Shown here: positions 1 to 10,231 of the stretch, piece by piece
Position numbering within the stretch: the stretch's first letter is position 1
How the letters are laid out: each line of letters begins with the position of its first letter
Assembly (NCBI GenBank): GCA_963702425.1
Contig: CAVPCQ010000011.1
Location: forward strand, 256,001 to 320,000
Direction of reading: 5' to 3'
Length of the DNA: 64,000 nt
From: an uncultured Acidobacteriota bacterium
Lineage (GTDB): Bacteria; Acidobacteriota; Polarisedimenticolia; J045
Notes under the pieces: generated by a model
The model's database searches: none
Told to the model about the DNA's origin: nothing
What the model saw: the letters and a program-made list of their open reading frames with translations, nothing else
Translations under genes and position numbers: made by a program

Positions 1-9
1 GACTTCGTT

Positions 10-687
10 TCATCTCGCGTCCTCCCCTGCAGTCACTCGGTAGCTTCTCTCATGGAGCAAGCCGACTTGGATCAGAGCCACGCGGCCTGACCGGTCGAAT
101 ACGAACAGCGTAGGGAACGACGCCAGGTAGATCATCTCTCCCTGCATCGGGGTTTCGACAAACAGCACCTGCTCCGGGGCACTGCGGAGCAGGTGCTCGT
201 GACTCGCCGTGAATCGGGCTCTTTTCGGAAGGACTGGATAGACCGGCTTCCCTTCGAATCTCCATCCCTTTTCCACAACCTCGCGCTTCCACGCCTCCGG
301 GATGTCGCCGTGGCTCATGAACAGTAGGCCGATGCCGTCTCGGTCGCCGATCAAGTCACGAACGGAGGTCGAGGAGCCGCCCTCGGCGAGCAGGCCGGGC
401 ACGACCCCTTCTCGGCCGACCATCGCCCCGAGTTTCTCCTTCTCCAACCGCAATCTCCCTTCGGGGTCGCGTGCCGCAATGACCGCCTCGAGGTCGGAGG
501 GAATCGTGGGCCGCTCGGCCTCTCGCGCACACGCGCCGACGAGAAGGCAGCCGGGATAGAGGAGCAGCTGCAGCGCGGCGCGTCGGCAGACAACTCTCGT
601 ACGCGCGGTGCGGGACCGCCATGGCCAGGCGAGACCGGTTCCGGCGCGAGAGCCATGGATCACGGCACGAGCCTCGTCTTTCAGCAT
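10..687 (-). CDS. Hypothetical protein, possible lipoprotein with a thioredoxin-like C-terminus
   Basis: 3' part of ORF 10..1371. Has a lipobox-like LLVGAC and a C-terminal FPTLFVFDRSGRV typical of TlpA/redoxin folds, but no CxxC. Start uncertain. Confidence 0.45.
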   Translation of the reverse strand: MLKDEARAVIHGSRAGTGLAWPWRSRTARTRVVCRRAALQLLLYPGCLLVGACAREAERPTIPSDLEAVIAARDPEGRLRLEKEKLGAMVGREGVVPGLLAEGGSSTSVRDLIGDRDGIGLLFMSHGDIPEAWKREVVEKGWRFEGKPVYPVLPKRARFTASHEHLLRSAPEQVLFVETPMQGEMIYLASFPTLFVFDRSGRVALIQVGLLHERSYRVTAGEDAR

Positions 688-746
688 GCCCCCCCGCCCT
701 CGGTGTCTCGTCAAGGTTAGATGCAGGAATCGTCCCAGAGGGAGCA

Positions 747-1367
747 CTAACTTCCAACCCTGCCTGTGTTTCTCCCCGTCGTGCTGGCTGGGACGCGGCG
801 ATACGGCAGGTCGGAACCGTTCACGATCTCGGTTCCGCTCGCGATGCGCTCGAGCACGCCATCGGCGACCGTGTGAGTAACACGGAGTATCCCGTAGCTG
901 TAGCTCGCAATTGCCAATCCCGACGCCATCGTCACGGACGCGGCTCCGAATTGACGACCCAGCCAGAAGAAGTCGCTCCCACCCGACGCCAGTCCTCCAA
1001 CGCTGTTGTAGGCGGTATTGATGAGGGGGGACAGCATCATGACGACGAGCACATTCACGAAGAGCCACCGCCGGTTCGGCGGAATCCGGAATGCCCAGAC
1101 ATACCCGGCGGCGAAGACGAGCGCATCGCCGAGGTAGGGCGCGGCGAAGGTGAGCCCGTCGATCTGACCGCCTTGGAGCTGGACGAACCCCCACCCTCGG
1201 TCTGATGGCAGGATGGAGAACTCGCCGATCCGTCCTCCTTGCGCGAGGCCCACGAGGAGATGGCTGCCCTCGTGGCGGAGAGTACCAAGTACGAGGTAGA
1301 CGGGACTCGCAAGGACCCACCACAGATCCCCGGCGCGGAGCGCCCATCCCCGAATCCGAGGGGTCAC
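747..1367 (-). CDS. Membrane zinc metallopeptidase-like protein (M50/M50B-like)
   Basis: HEGSH (HExxH) motif, later FAAPY motif and several hydrophobic helices. GTG start at 1367 is inferred. Confidence 0.6.
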   Translation of the reverse strand: MTPRIRGWALRAGDLWWVLASPVYLVLGTLRHEGSHLLVGLAQGGRIGEFSILPSDRGWGFVQLQGGQIDGLTFAAPYLGDALVFAAGYVWAFRIPPNRRWLFVNVLVVMMLSPLINTAYNSVGGLASGGSDFFWLGRQFGAASVTMASGLAIASYSYGILRVTHTVADGVLERIASGTEIVNGSDLPYRRVPASTTGRNTGRVGS

Positions 1368-1442
1368 GCACTCACCCGCGGCCCGACTGAGCGGATCTGC
1401 GGGCCATCGGCGCTCTCGCCCTCGAAGCGGCGACGGCACCAA

Positions 1443-4331
1443 CTACCTCCGGCCCGCGGCCCGCGGGGCCGCGCGGCGCGCCCGCGGAGGTTCGGAAGCT
1501 GTTTCGTCCCGCCCCGCCGCCAGCGCCCGCTTCAGGTACGACCCCGTCGCCGAGCCCGCCTCCCGCGCGACCTCCTCCGGCGACCCCTCGGCGATGATCC
1601 GCCCGCCTTCGTTCCCGCCTTCCGGCCCGAGGTCGACCAGGTAGTCCGCGGTCTTGATCACGTCGAGGTTGTGCTCGATCACGACGATCGTGTTCCCCTC
1701 GCCGCGCAGGCGCATCAGGACGTCGATCAGCTTCTTGACGTCCTCGAAGTGCAGGCCGGTCGTCGGCTCGTCGAGGATGTAGAGCGTCCGGCCGGTCGAG
1801 CGGCGCGACAGCTCCTTGCCGAGCTTGACGCGCTGCGCCTCGCCGCCGGAGAGGGTCGTCGCCTGCTGGCCGAGGCGCACGTAGCCGAGGCCGACGTCGT
1901 AGATCGTCTGCAGCTTGTGGGCCACGACCGGGACGTTCCGGAAGAACTCGAGCGCCTGGTGGACCGTCATGTCGAGCACGTCGGCGATCGACTTCCCCTT
2001 CCAGAGGATCTCCAGCGTCTCGCGGTTGTAGCGCTTGCCCTTGCAGATGTCGCAGGTCACGAAGACGTCGGGCAGGAAGTGCATCTCGATCCGGATCACG
2101 CCGCAGCCTTCGCAGGCTTCGCAGCGGCCGCGCTTGACGTTGAACGAGAAGCGGCCCGGGGTGTAGCCCCGGGCCCGCGCCTCGGGCACCTGCGCGAACA
2201 GCTCGCGCAGCGGCGCGAACAGCCCGACGTAGGTCGCGGGGTTGCTGCGCGGCGTGCGGCCGATCGGCGACTGGTCGATGTCGATCACCTTGTCGAAGTG
2301 GTCGAGCCCGGTGATCGTGTCGTGGTCCCCCGGCTTCTCCGCTCCGAAGCCGAAGTGCTTGACCAGCGCCGGGAACAGGGTGTGGTTGACGAGCGTCGAC
2401 TTCCCCGAGCCCGAGACCCCGGTCACGCAGGTGAAGAGTCCGACCGGGAAGCGCGCGTCGACCGACTTGAGGTTGTGCTGCCGCGCCCCCTTGACGGTCA
2501 GCCAGCGGCCGTCGGGCTTCAGCCGCTCGGGCGGCACCTCGATCCGGCGCCGGCCGGAGAGGTACTGCCCGGTCAGCGAGCGCTTGCTGGCGGCGATCAC
2601 CTCGGGCGTCCCCTCGGCGACGACTTCCCCGCCCAGCTCCCCCGCCCCCGGCCCGAGGTCGACGACGTGGTCGGCGGCGCGGATCGTTTCCTCGTCGTGC
2701 TCGACGACGATCACGGTGTTGCCGAGATCGCGCATCGCCGAGAGCGTGTCGAGCAGCTTGCGGTTGTCGCGCTGGTGCAGCCCGATCGACGGCTCGTCCA
2801 GCACGTACATCACGCCCGTCAGGCGCGAGCCGATCTGCGTCGCCAGCCGGATCCGCTGCCCTTCCCCGCCCGACAGCGTCGCCGCCGAGCGGTCGAGCGT
2901 CAGGTAGCCCAGGCCGACGTTGACCAGGAACCCCAGCCGCTCCTTGATCTCCTTCAGCACCAGCCGCGCGATCTCGCGCTCGCGCGGGGTCAGCGCCAAC
3001 CCGTCGAAGTACTGCTGGGCGTCGCGCACGGTGAAGGCCGTCGCCTCGGCGATGTTCTTCTCGCCGATCGTGACCGCCAGCGTCTCCTTCTTGAGGCGCG
3101 CGCCGCCGCAGGCCTGGCAGGGCGAGGAGGACATGTACTCCTCCAGCTCCTCGCGCACCTGGTCGGACGAGGTCTCCTTCAGCTTGCGGTCGAGCCGCGG
3201 GATGATCCCCTCGAAGTTGCGGCGGATCGTGTACTTCGAGCGGTCCCCCTCGAAGATGAACTCGTACTCCGTCGTCCCCGAGCCGTACATGATGACCCGC
3301 CGGACCTTGAGCGGGATGTCGCGCCAGGCGGTGTTGGCCGGCACCCGGTGGGCGCGCAGGACGGAGGCCAGCATCTCCTTCATGTAGGACGACTCGATCC
3401 CGCCCCAGACGTCGGTGGCCCCGCCGGTGATCGGCGCGTCCGGCTCGCGGATGATCTTCTCGGGGTCGAACTCGCGGTGCACGCCGAGGCCGCCGCAGGT
3501 CTCGCAGGCGCCGTAGGGCGAGTTGAACGAGAAGGCCCGCGGCGCCAGCTCGGGCAGCGAGATCCCGCAGTCGACGCAGGCATAGTGCTCGGAGTAGAGC
3601 CGCTCGTCGGCCCCCTCCGGCACGATCCGCACCAGCCCCTCGGCGTGCTTGAGCGCGGTCTCGACCGAGTCGGTCAGCCGCTGCCGCAGCTCTTCGCGCA
3701 CCGCCAGCCGGTCGACCACGACCTCGATCGTGTGGGCCCGCTTCTTGTCCAGGTCGGGCGGCTGGTCGAGGTCGACCATCTCGCCGTCGACGCGGGCCCG
3801 CACGAACCCCTGCGCGGCGAAGCGCTCGAGGTCCTTCTTGTAGTGCCCCTTCCGGCCGCGCACCACCGGCGACAGGATCGAGACGCGCGTCTCCGCGCCC
3901 AGCGCCAGCACGTCGTCGACGATCTGCTGCACCGTCTGGCGCTCGATCGCCTTGCCGCAGCTCGGGCAGTGCGGCCGGCCGACGCGCGAGAAGAGCAGCC
4001 GCAGGTAGTCGTAGATCTCGGTCACGGTCCCGACCGTGGAGCGCGGGTTGCGGGAGGTCGTCTTCTGCTCGATCGAGATCGCCGGCGACAGTCCTTCGAT
4101 CGACTCGACCTCCGGCTTCTGCATCAGCTCGAGGAACTGCCGCGCGTAGGCCGAGAGCGATTCGACGTAGCGCCGCTGTCCCTCGGCGTAGATCGTGTCG
4201 AAGGCCAGCGACGACTTGCCCGACCCCGAGACCCCGGTGATGACCACCAGCTTGTGGCGCGGGATCTCGACGTCGATCTTCTTGAGGTTGTGCTCCGCGG
4301 CGCCGCGGACCACGATGTTGTCGGATATCAA
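1443..4331 (-). CDS. uvrA: Excinuclease ABC subunit A
   Basis: Two Walker A GVSGSGKS motifs, LSGGE signatures, CxxC zinc fingers and N-terminal [15 protein letters not shown] start near 4331. Confidence 0.97.
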   Translation of the reverse strand: MISDNIVVRGAAEHNLKKIDVEIPRHKLVVITGVSGSGKSSLAFDTIYAEGQRRYVESLSAYARQFLELMQKPEVESIEGLSPAISIEQKTTSRNPRSTVGTVTEIYDYLRLLFSRVGRPHCPSCGKAIERQTVQQIVDDVLALGAETRVSILSPVVRGRKGHYKKDLERFAAQGFVRARVDGEMVDLDQPPDLDKKRAHTIEVVVDRLAVREELRQRLTDSVETALKHAEGLVRIVPEGADERLYSEHYACVDCGISLPELAPRAFSFNSPYGACETCGGLGVHREFDPEKIIREPDAPITGGATDVWGGIESSYMKEMLASVLRAHRVPANTAWRDIPLKVRRVIMYGSGTTEYEFIFEGDRSKYTIRRNFEGIIPRLDRKLKETSSDQVREELEEYMSSSPCQACGGARLKKETLAVTIGEKNIAEATAFTVRDAQQYFDGLALTPREREIARLVLKEIKERLGFLVNVGLGYLTLDRSAATLSGGEGQRIRLATQIGSRLTGVMYVLDEPSIGLHQRDNRKLLDTLSAMRDLGNTVIVVEHDEETIRAADHVVDLGPGAGELGGEVVAEGTPEVIAASKRSLTGQYLSGRRRIEVPPERLKPDGRWLTVKGARQHNLKSVDARFPVGLFTCVTGVSGSGKSTLVNHTLFPALVKHFGFGAEKPGDHDTITGLDHFDKVIDIDQSPIGRTPRSNPATYVGLFAPLRELFAQVPEARARGYTPGRFSFNVKRGRCEACEGCGVIRIEMHFLPDVFVTCDICKGKRYNRETLEILWKGKSIADVLDMTVHQALEFFRNVPVVAHKLQTIYDVGLGYVRLGQQATTLSGGEAQRVKLGKELSRRSTGRTLYILDEPTTGLHFEDVKKLIDVLMRLRGEGNTIVVIEHNLDVIKTADYLVDLGPEGGNEGGRIIAEGSPEEVAREAGSATGSYLKRALAAGRDETASEPPRARRAAPRAAGRR

Positions 4332-4447
4332 GGACCGATCCTCCGGCGGGAAGCTGGCGAGTGTATCCCGCGCTGGGGGGAAAGGCACGATCCGGGGTCC
4401 GCGCGGAGCCGTCGCGCGGGGTAAACTCCCTGGCCCGGAGGAACTCG

Positions 4448-5119
4448 ATGTACCCCGCCCCTTCCCGCTGCCCGCGCGCCGCCGCGGCGGTCCCGGCCGC
4501 GCTCGCCGCCGCCGCGCTGCTCGCGGCCGCCGGCTGCGCCAGCCTGAAGACCCCCACCGGCCCCTGGACGCTCCAGGCGACCGACCCGTCCGGCGCTCCC
4601 CTCCCCGGGGGCGTGCAGAGCTACGGCGCGGAGGGGGTTGCGCTCGAGATCAAGCCGGTCACCGACGCGGAACGCACCACCTTTCTGACGACGCGCGCCG
4701 GCGCGGGGAGCGACGCCTTCGCGGGCGGCATCAAGAAGTTCCTCGCTTTCCACCTCGCGGTCGCCGCCCCGGGAGCGGTGCCGGTCCACATCGAGACGCA
4801 GTCGATCCGGCTGCTCCCCAACGGCGGCAGCGCGATGCTCCCACCGCTCGACTACACGCGCGCTTTCGAGTTGCTGCGCCCCGAGCGCGGCACCCTGCCC
4901 GCCGAGGGGATGGTCGAGACGCTGATGCGCGGCGTCTTCGACGGCCCGATCGACCTGGCCGCCGGCCACTCGGTCGAGGGGCTGCTGATCTTCGTCGAGC
5001 CGGAGGGCTCGTGGGAGATCCTCTTCCTCGACGTCCCCTTCATCCAGTCCGGCGCGAACACGGGCCGCAGCCGCTTCTTCTTCCAGAAGAAGTACGAAGG
5101 CGAGACGACACCGAAATGA
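4448..5119 (+). CDS. Hypothetical lipoprotein
   Basis: Signal peptide with lipobox LAAAGC. Stop overlaps the folD start (ATGA). Confidence 0.7.
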   Translation: MYPAPSRCPRAAAAVPAALAAAALLAAAGCASLKTPTGPWTLQATDPSGAPLPGGVQSYGAEGVALEIKPVTDAERTTFLTTRAGAGSDAFAGGIKKFLAFHLAVAAPGAVPVHIETQSIRLLPNGGSAMLPPLDYTRAFELLRPERGTLPAEGMVETLMRGVFDGPIDLAAGHSVEGLLIFVEPEGSWEILFLDVPFIQSGANTGRSRFFFQKKYEGETTPK

Positions 5120-6048
5120 GCGCAGAGATCCTCGACGGCAACGCCCTGGCGAAGACGATCCGGGCCCGCGTGGCGGCCGACGCGGCGGCATTCCAGGCCG
5201 CGGCCGGCCGGCAGCCCGGGCTGTCGGTGATCCTGGTCGGCGACGACCCGGCGAGCGCGATCTACGTCGGCCACAAGGAGAAGGCCGCCCGCGAGGCGGG
5301 CTTCGTGTCGTCCATCGTACGCCTGCCGGCCAGCGCCACGCAGGCCGAGGTCCTGGACCTGATCGCCCGGATGGCCTCCGACCGAGCCGTCGACGGGATG
5401 CTCGTCCAGCTTCCGCTGCCGAAGCAGGTCGACCCCCTCGCGGTCCAGCGCGCAATCCCACCCGGGAAGGACGTCGACGGCTTCCACCCGGTCAACGCGG
5501 GGATGCTGCTGCTCGGCCAGAAGGGTGGTTTCGTGCCCTGCACGCCGCTCGGCGTGATGGCGCTGCTCGACGCGGCCGAGGTCCCGCTCGAGGGGGCCGA
5601 AGCGGTCGTCGTCGGGCGCTCGACGATCGTCGGGAAGCCGGTGGCGCAGCTGCTGCTCGACCGCCACGCGACCGTGACGATCGCCCACTCGCGCACGCGC
5701 GACCTGGCCGGGGTCTGCCGGCGCGCCGACGTGCTCGTCGCCGCGGTCGGTGTGCCGGGGCTGCTGCGCGGCGCGTTCGTCAAGCCGGGCGCGGCGGTGA
5801 TCGACGTCGGGATCAACCGGATCACGGACGCGGTCCAGGCCGAAGACCTGCTGGCCGGCCAGCCGGAACGGCTCGAGAAGTTCCGCAGGAACGGTCACGC
5901 GCTCGTCGGCGACGTGCACTACGGCGAGGCGAGCGCCGTCGCCGGGTGGATCACGCCGGTTCCGGGCGGCGTCGGTCCGCTGACGGTCGCGCTCCTGCTG
6001 CGCAACACGCTCGAGGGGGCGCGGCGGGCGGAAGGGCTCCCCGGATGA
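5116..6048 (+). CDS. folD: Bifunctional methylene-THF dehydrogenase/cyclohydrolase
   Basis: [36 protein letters not shown] and [12 protein letters not shown] motifs. Confidence 0.96.
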   Translation: MSAEILDGNALAKTIRARVAADAAAFQAAAGRQPGLSVILVGDDPASAIYVGHKEKAAREAGFVSSIVRLPASATQAEVLDLIARMASDRAVDGMLVQLPLPKQVDPLAVQRAIPPGKDVDGFHPVNAGMLLLGQKGGFVPCTPLGVMALLDAAEVPLEGAEAVVVGRSTIVGKPVAQLLLDRHATVTIAHSRTRDLAGVCRRADVLVAAVGVPGLLRGAFVKPGAAVIDVGINRITDAVQAEDLLAGQPERLEKFRRNGHALVGDVHYGEASAVAGWITPVPGGVGPLTVALLLRNTLEGARRAEGLPG

Positions 6049-6743
6049 GCCGGTTCTTTCTCGACGAGGAGGGACTGCCGCACCTGTTGCTCGTCGGCCT
6101 CACCGGCGGGATCGGGACCGGCAAGTCGACCGTCGCCGGGATGCTCCGCGAGGCCGACTGCCCGGTCGTCGACGCCGACGCGATCGTGCACCGGCTGCTC
6201 GACCCGGGCGGCGCGGCGGTCGCACCGGTGCTCGAGGCCTTCGGCGGTGGGGTGGCCGAGTCGAAGGGCGGCATCGACCGCGCAACGCTGGCCGACATCG
6301 TCTTCAAGGACGAGTCGCAGCGGAAGCGGCTCGAGGCAATCGTCCACCCGCTCGTGGTCGCCGAGAGTCGCGAGCGGATGATCGCTGCCGCGCGCGAGGC
6401 GGGGGCCGAGTTCGTCGTCTACGACGCGGCCCTGCTGGTCGAGACGGAGCGCTACCGCCAGTTCCACCGGCTGGTCGTCGTCTATGCCCGCCCCTCGGTC
6501 CAGATCCAGCGGATCATGGAGCGCGACAAGACGGGCCCCGACCGCGCCGGCGCGCGGATTCGCTCGCAGATGCCGATCGAACGCAAGGCCGCGCTGGCGG
6601 ACTACCTGGTCGACAACTCCGGCCATTGGCAGGAGACCCGCAAGCAGGTCTTCACCCTGCTGCAGCAGCTCGGGGAGGACGCCCGCCTGCTCAAGCAGGG
6701 GCTGCCGCTGCCGATCCGGCGCGTTTCCCCCTTTCTTCCGTGA
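6045..6743 (+). CDS. coaE: Dephospho-CoA kinase
   Basis: [23 protein letters not shown] and SQMP motifs. ATGA overlap with folD. Confidence 0.93.
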   Translation: MSRFFLDEEGLPHLLLVGLTGGIGTGKSTVAGMLREADCPVVDADAIVHRLLDPGGAAVAPVLEAFGGGVAESKGGIDRATLADIVFKDESQRKRLEAIVHPLVVAESRERMIAAAREAGAEFVVYDAALLVETERYRQFHRLVVVYARPSVQIQRIMERDKTGPDRAGARIRSQMPIERKAALADYLVDNSGHWQETRKQVFTLLQQLGEDARLLKQGLPLPIRRVSPFLP

Positions 6744-6781
6744 TCCCGCAGCCCCGGGTCACCGATCCGCCGAGGACCGCC

Positions 6782-7654
6782 ATGGAATCGACCCGTTCGA
6801 CCCTGCCTGCGGCGCTCCGGCCGTACGCCGCCTCCGCCGCACTGGCGCTGCTCCTTGCCGGGAGCGCCCTCCTCGCTCCCGGCTGCCGCCCGGCCCAGCG
6901 CACCGAACCTCCCGCCAGGCCCTACCCTTCGGTCGTCGCGGAGGTTCCGCGGACCCCGGTCGTGGCCGACGCCGGCAGCCCCGGGACCTGGGAGGCGCTC
7001 GAGCAGATCGAGCCCGGCGTCCGCGCGTTCGTCGTCGGCCCGGCCGATGCCGCGCCGGCGGGAGGGGTCGTGCTCGTCTCGTCGCCCTGGGGGATCTCGC
7101 GCGAAACCCGCGACCTCGCACGCTCGCTCGCCACCCGCGGCTTCGCCGTCGTGATTCCCGACGTCCTCGAGGGGATCGAGGCGACGAGCCGCCTCGGCAT
7201 GAAGGAATTGACAGCGGGGGTCTCGCGCCCGCGCGCGCAGGCGGTGATCCTGGCGGGGCTGGCCCGGTTGCAGCGCGACCTGCCGGGAAAGCCGATCGCC
7301 CTCGTGACGCTCGGTGGCGGAGACCGGTGGGCGATTTCGCTCGCTGAAAGGGCGCAGCCGTTCGCGGCCCTCGCCTTCGACACCGCCGCCCTCGGCGACA
7401 AGGAGATCGCTTCGCTTGCGGCCGCCGGCCGACCGGTGCTGGCGCTCTTCGGCGACGAAAGCTCGGCCTACCCGCTCGAGCGGCGGATCGCGCTGGATGA
7501 GACGGCGCGGCGGGCCGGCCTCGCGCTGCAGCTCTACCCGGTCCCGGGAGCCGGCACCGAGCTGTTCGACGCGAAGGCGAGCTCGTTCTCGGCCGTGGCC
7601 TACGACGAGGCGCTCGCGCGGCTCGAGGCATTCCTGCGCGCGCCGACACCCTGA
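6782..7654 (+). CDS. Dienelactone hydrolase-fold lipoprotein with degenerate catalytic residues
   Basis: Lipobox LAPGC. DLH-like segments GVVLVSSPWG, LATRGFAVVIPD, PVLALFG and YPVPGAG, with triad residues missing. Confidence 0.72.
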   Translation: MESTRSTLPAALRPYAASAALALLLAGSALLAPGCRPAQRTEPPARPYPSVVAEVPRTPVVADAGSPGTWEALEQIEPGVRAFVVGPADAAPAGGVVLVSSPWGISRETRDLARSLATRGFAVVIPDVLEGIEATSRLGMKELTAGVSRPRAQAVILAGLARLQRDLPGKPIALVTLGGGDRWAISLAERAQPFAALAFDTAALGDKEIASLAAAGRPVLALFGDESSAYPLERRIALDETARRAGLALQLYPVPGAGTELFDAKASSFSAVAYDEALARLEAFLRAPTP

Positions 7655-7664
7655 TCCAGGGCGG

Positions 7665-8072
7665 TCAGGCGAGCGAGGATTCGTTTTCCTGCTCGAGCAG
7701 CGAGAACTCGGGCACCCGGCGGTGGAGTGCCGTGGCCAGGGGCGAGCCGCAGTGCTCACCGAGGAAGCGCACGACCTCGACCACGAACGGTCCCGCGACC
7801 GCGTACGGGACGCCGGCGGCCGCGACGCGCCGCTTGATCGCCTCGGCGCCGCGCGCCGCGGTCAGGCCGCTCGCGCCGGGGGCGTCGGAGACGACGCGCC
7901 ACGCTTCCGGGACCCACGAAGCGAGCGAGATCTCGACCGGCCGGGGCAGCCGCCCCCGGATCGCCGCGACCAGCGCGACGAGCCCCTTGCTCACCACTTC
8001 TTCGTCCAGGCCGAAGCGCGCGACCAGGTCTGCGCGGAGTTGCTGGGCCCGGTGCGAGCCCGTGATCCTCAT
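7665..8072 (-). CDS. Small helical hypothetical protein (DUF2267/DUF2780-like)
   Basis: 135-aa ORF with SD (GGAGG) upstream and an amphipathic helical pattern. Family assignment is by resemblance only. Confidence 0.5.
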   Translation of the reverse strand: MRITGSHRAQQLRADLVARFGLDEEVVSKGLVALVAAIRGRLPRPVEISLASWVPEAWRVVSDAPGASGLTAARGAEAIKRRVAAAGVPYAVAGPFVVEVVRFLGEHCGSPLATALHRRVPEFSLLEQENESSLA

Positions 8073-8100
8073 CGCCGTTTCCCCCCTCCGGCTGCAGGCG

Positions 8101-8520
8101 TCAGAGTTCGGCGCGCCACAGCCCCGGCTCGGAACGCCCGCCGACTCCCGGTACGGCCTGCTCCGGCACGTACTTCAGTTGGAACCTGGGCCCCCACTCG
8201 TCGAGCGAGTTCCAGGCGTCCGCGCCGTAGCGCCGCCGCACGTGGTCGTCGATCACCGCGAAGGCCGTGAACACTTCTTCCACCGTCAGTCCGGCCGAGA
8301 GCGTGGCGCTCCAGAGGCTCCTGAGCGCGGGGCAGCCCGGCGCGATCGACTGCCACGCGGTCATGGGATACGCCGCCACGGTCCGGGCGACGTCCTTATC
8401 GACTTCGCGGAGGAGCACCTTGAGCAGCCGCGAGACGGCGTCGCGGACCACCGGGGCCGGGCGCCCGACGAGCCGGGTGAGTTCCTCGAGCAGGTCTTCT
8501 TGAAACGGCTGGTGGACCAT
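8101..8520 (-). CDS. Small helical hypothetical protein, possible distant paralog of 7665..8072
   Basis: 139-aa ORF with SD GAGGAG upstream and coding-like GC3. Confidence 0.5.
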   Translation of the reverse strand: MVHQPFQEDLLEELTRLVGRPAPVVRDAVSRLLKVLLREVDKDVARTVAAYPMTAWQSIAPGCPALRSLWSATLSAGLTVEEVFTAFAVIDDHVRRRYGADAWNSLDEWGPRFQLKYVPEQAVPGVGGRSEPGLWRAEL

Positions 8521-8583
8521 CGGTGGCTCCTCGGGCCCGGTTCCGGAGCGAAGGCTCCGATGCGGGCCGCCGCACAGCCGTAC

Positions 8584-8700
8584 TGCAATCTGCGTGCTGT
8601 AGATTAAGTTATTGTAAATAATGGATTTAGTGGATCAGAGCGGAATCCGGGACAGGCCCGGCGTCCGGTTGCCGGACAGGCTGTCCCGAGGTGTCCGGCC
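8584..8700 (-). promoter_or_regulatory. Putative sigma54-like promoter with IHF-like site and upstream GGACA/TGTCC motifs
   Basis: Minus strand reads CAGCACG-caga-TTGCA (imperfect -24/-12), with AT-rich TTACAATAACTTA next to it and repeated GGACA/TGTCC upstream. Confidence 0.35.
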
Positions 8701-8750
8701 GATCGGGGTGGAGCCGGGCCGTCGGGACCCGGCGACCACCCCGTCCCCGG

Positions 8751-9314
8751 TCACTCGGCCGCGAGCAGCTCCCGGGCCGTAAAGAGCGCCTCGACGGCGA
8801 GCCCCTGGGCCTCGAGGTTCTCGCGACCCCCCTCCTGCCGGTCCACGAGCGCCACGAGGCCGGCGACCGGCAGCCCGGCCTCGCGACAGGCCTCCAGGGC
8901 GACCAGCGAGCTGCCGCCGGTCGTGATCACATCCTCGACGATCACCACCGCCGAGCCGGCCGGGGGTGCCCCCTCGATCCGCTGCCCGGTCCCGTGGCTC
9001 TTGGCCTCCTTGCGGACCAGGAAAGCCGAGACGGGGGTGCCCTGGAGGTGGGAGACCACCGCGGTCGCGGCCGCGATCGGGTCCGCCCCGAGGCTCAGCC
9101 CGCCGACCGCCACCGCTTTCCAGCCGCGCCGGGCGATGGCCGCGAGAACCTCGACCCCGACCAGGTAAGCCCCCTCCGGGTGGAGGGTCGTCCGCCGGCA
9201 ATCCAGGTAGTAATCCGAGGTCCGGCCCGAGGCGAGCACGAAATGCCCCCTCCGGATCGACTCCCGGCGCAGGATCCCCGCCAGGCGGTCCCTCGATTCG
9301 CCGCTTTTCGCCAT
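8751..9314 (-). CDS. pyrE: Orotate phosphoribosyltransferase
   Basis: FVLASGRTSDYYLD, VRKEAKSHG and PRPP motif VIVEDVITTGGS. Confidence 0.94.
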   Translation of the reverse strand: MAKSGESRDRLAGILRRESIRRGHFVLASGRTSDYYLDCRRTTLHPEGAYLVGVEVLAAIARRGWKAVAVGGLSLGADPIAAATAVVSHLQGTPVSAFLVRKEAKSHGTGQRIEGAPPAGSAVVIVEDVITTGGSSLVALEACREAGLPVAGLVALVDRQEGGRENLEAQGLAVEALFTARELLAAE

Positions 9315-9515
9315 CGTCTCCCCTTTGCCAGTCCATGCCGTTTCGGTGTAATCGTTACGCGGGTTCGTAGCAGCATAGCGCTCCGAAACGAGAAGCCGTA
9401 CGCGGGCCGGCGTTGTATCCTCGCCTTTGGGGCGAGTCGGTGCGCGAACGGGTTGGTGCTTGCCTGGAAAAGCGGCGGCACGAGATCGCACCGTCGCACG
9501 GAGGAAATCGATACC

Positions 9516-10088
9516 ATGAAGACTGCCCATCGCAGCTCGCTGGTCGTGGCGCTCGCGTTCGCGCTTGCCCTGGCCCCGTCGTTCGCCCTGGCCGCCCCGG
9601 CGCTCTCGAGCGCCGTGTCCGGCCGCATTTTCGCCGCCGACCTGAAGACCCCCGCCGCCGGCCTGTCGGTGCAGGCGGTCCCGGACGGTGCGAAGGAACC
9701 GGTCGCCCGGGCCACGACCGATCTCCGCGGCCGGTTCCAGCTCCAGGAGATCCCCGCGGGCCGCTACCTGCTGGTCCTCTACGACCCGCAGGGCGCGCCC
9801 CTCGCCGCGGCGCCACTCGTGGCCGAGAAGGCCGCGATGTCGATCACCCTCGCGCTGCCGAAGCCGGGTTCGCTCGCGCCGGGTGAGACCCAGGAAGCCC
9901 CCCCGGGAGAGTCCAATGTCGAGGCGGCGACCAAGTCCGGCTTCTCGACCTGGGTCTCGAGCCCCGTCGGCGCGACGGTCGTGCTACTGGCGTCCGCGAC
10001 CATCGTCGCCGTCGGCGCCGACCAGCTGACGAACGACGACACCGACACCAAGGAGATGAAGGGCAGCCAGTCGAGCCCGTCACGCTGA
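9516..10088 (+). CDS. Secreted carboxypeptidase-regulatory-like domain protein with C-terminal hydrophobic segment
   Basis: SD GGAGG, signal peptide, ATTDLRGRFQLQEIPAGRY beta-sandwich motif and a C-terminal hydrophobic helix. Confidence 0.7.
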   Translation: MKTAHRSSLVVALAFALALAPSFALAAPALSSAVSGRIFAADLKTPAAGLSVQAVPDGAKEPVARATTDLRGRFQLQEIPAGRYLLVLYDPQGAPLAAAPLVAEKAAMSITLALPKPGSLAPGETQEAPPGESNVEAATKSGFSTWVSSPVGATVVLLASATIVAVGADQLTNDDTDTKEMKGSQSSPSR

Positions 10089-10231
10089 CGCCGATCCTCC
10101 CGACGATCGCTTTCCACTGCTTCCGGGTTCCCCCCCGCACCCCGCTTTGCGGGGCGGCCCGGAAGCCCCGTCCGGCCCGCGGGCTGGAGCCGTCGCGGCC
10201 CACCCTGGCCTGCGGCGCGGAGCCACCGAGG

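Noticed and set aside
1239-4557. Two 1061-aa ORFs overlapping uvrA (one antisense, one in another frame)
   Set aside because: Shadow ORFs caused by extreme GC3. They are Arg/Pro/Gly-rich with no motifs, and the same applies to most alternative ORFs in the track.
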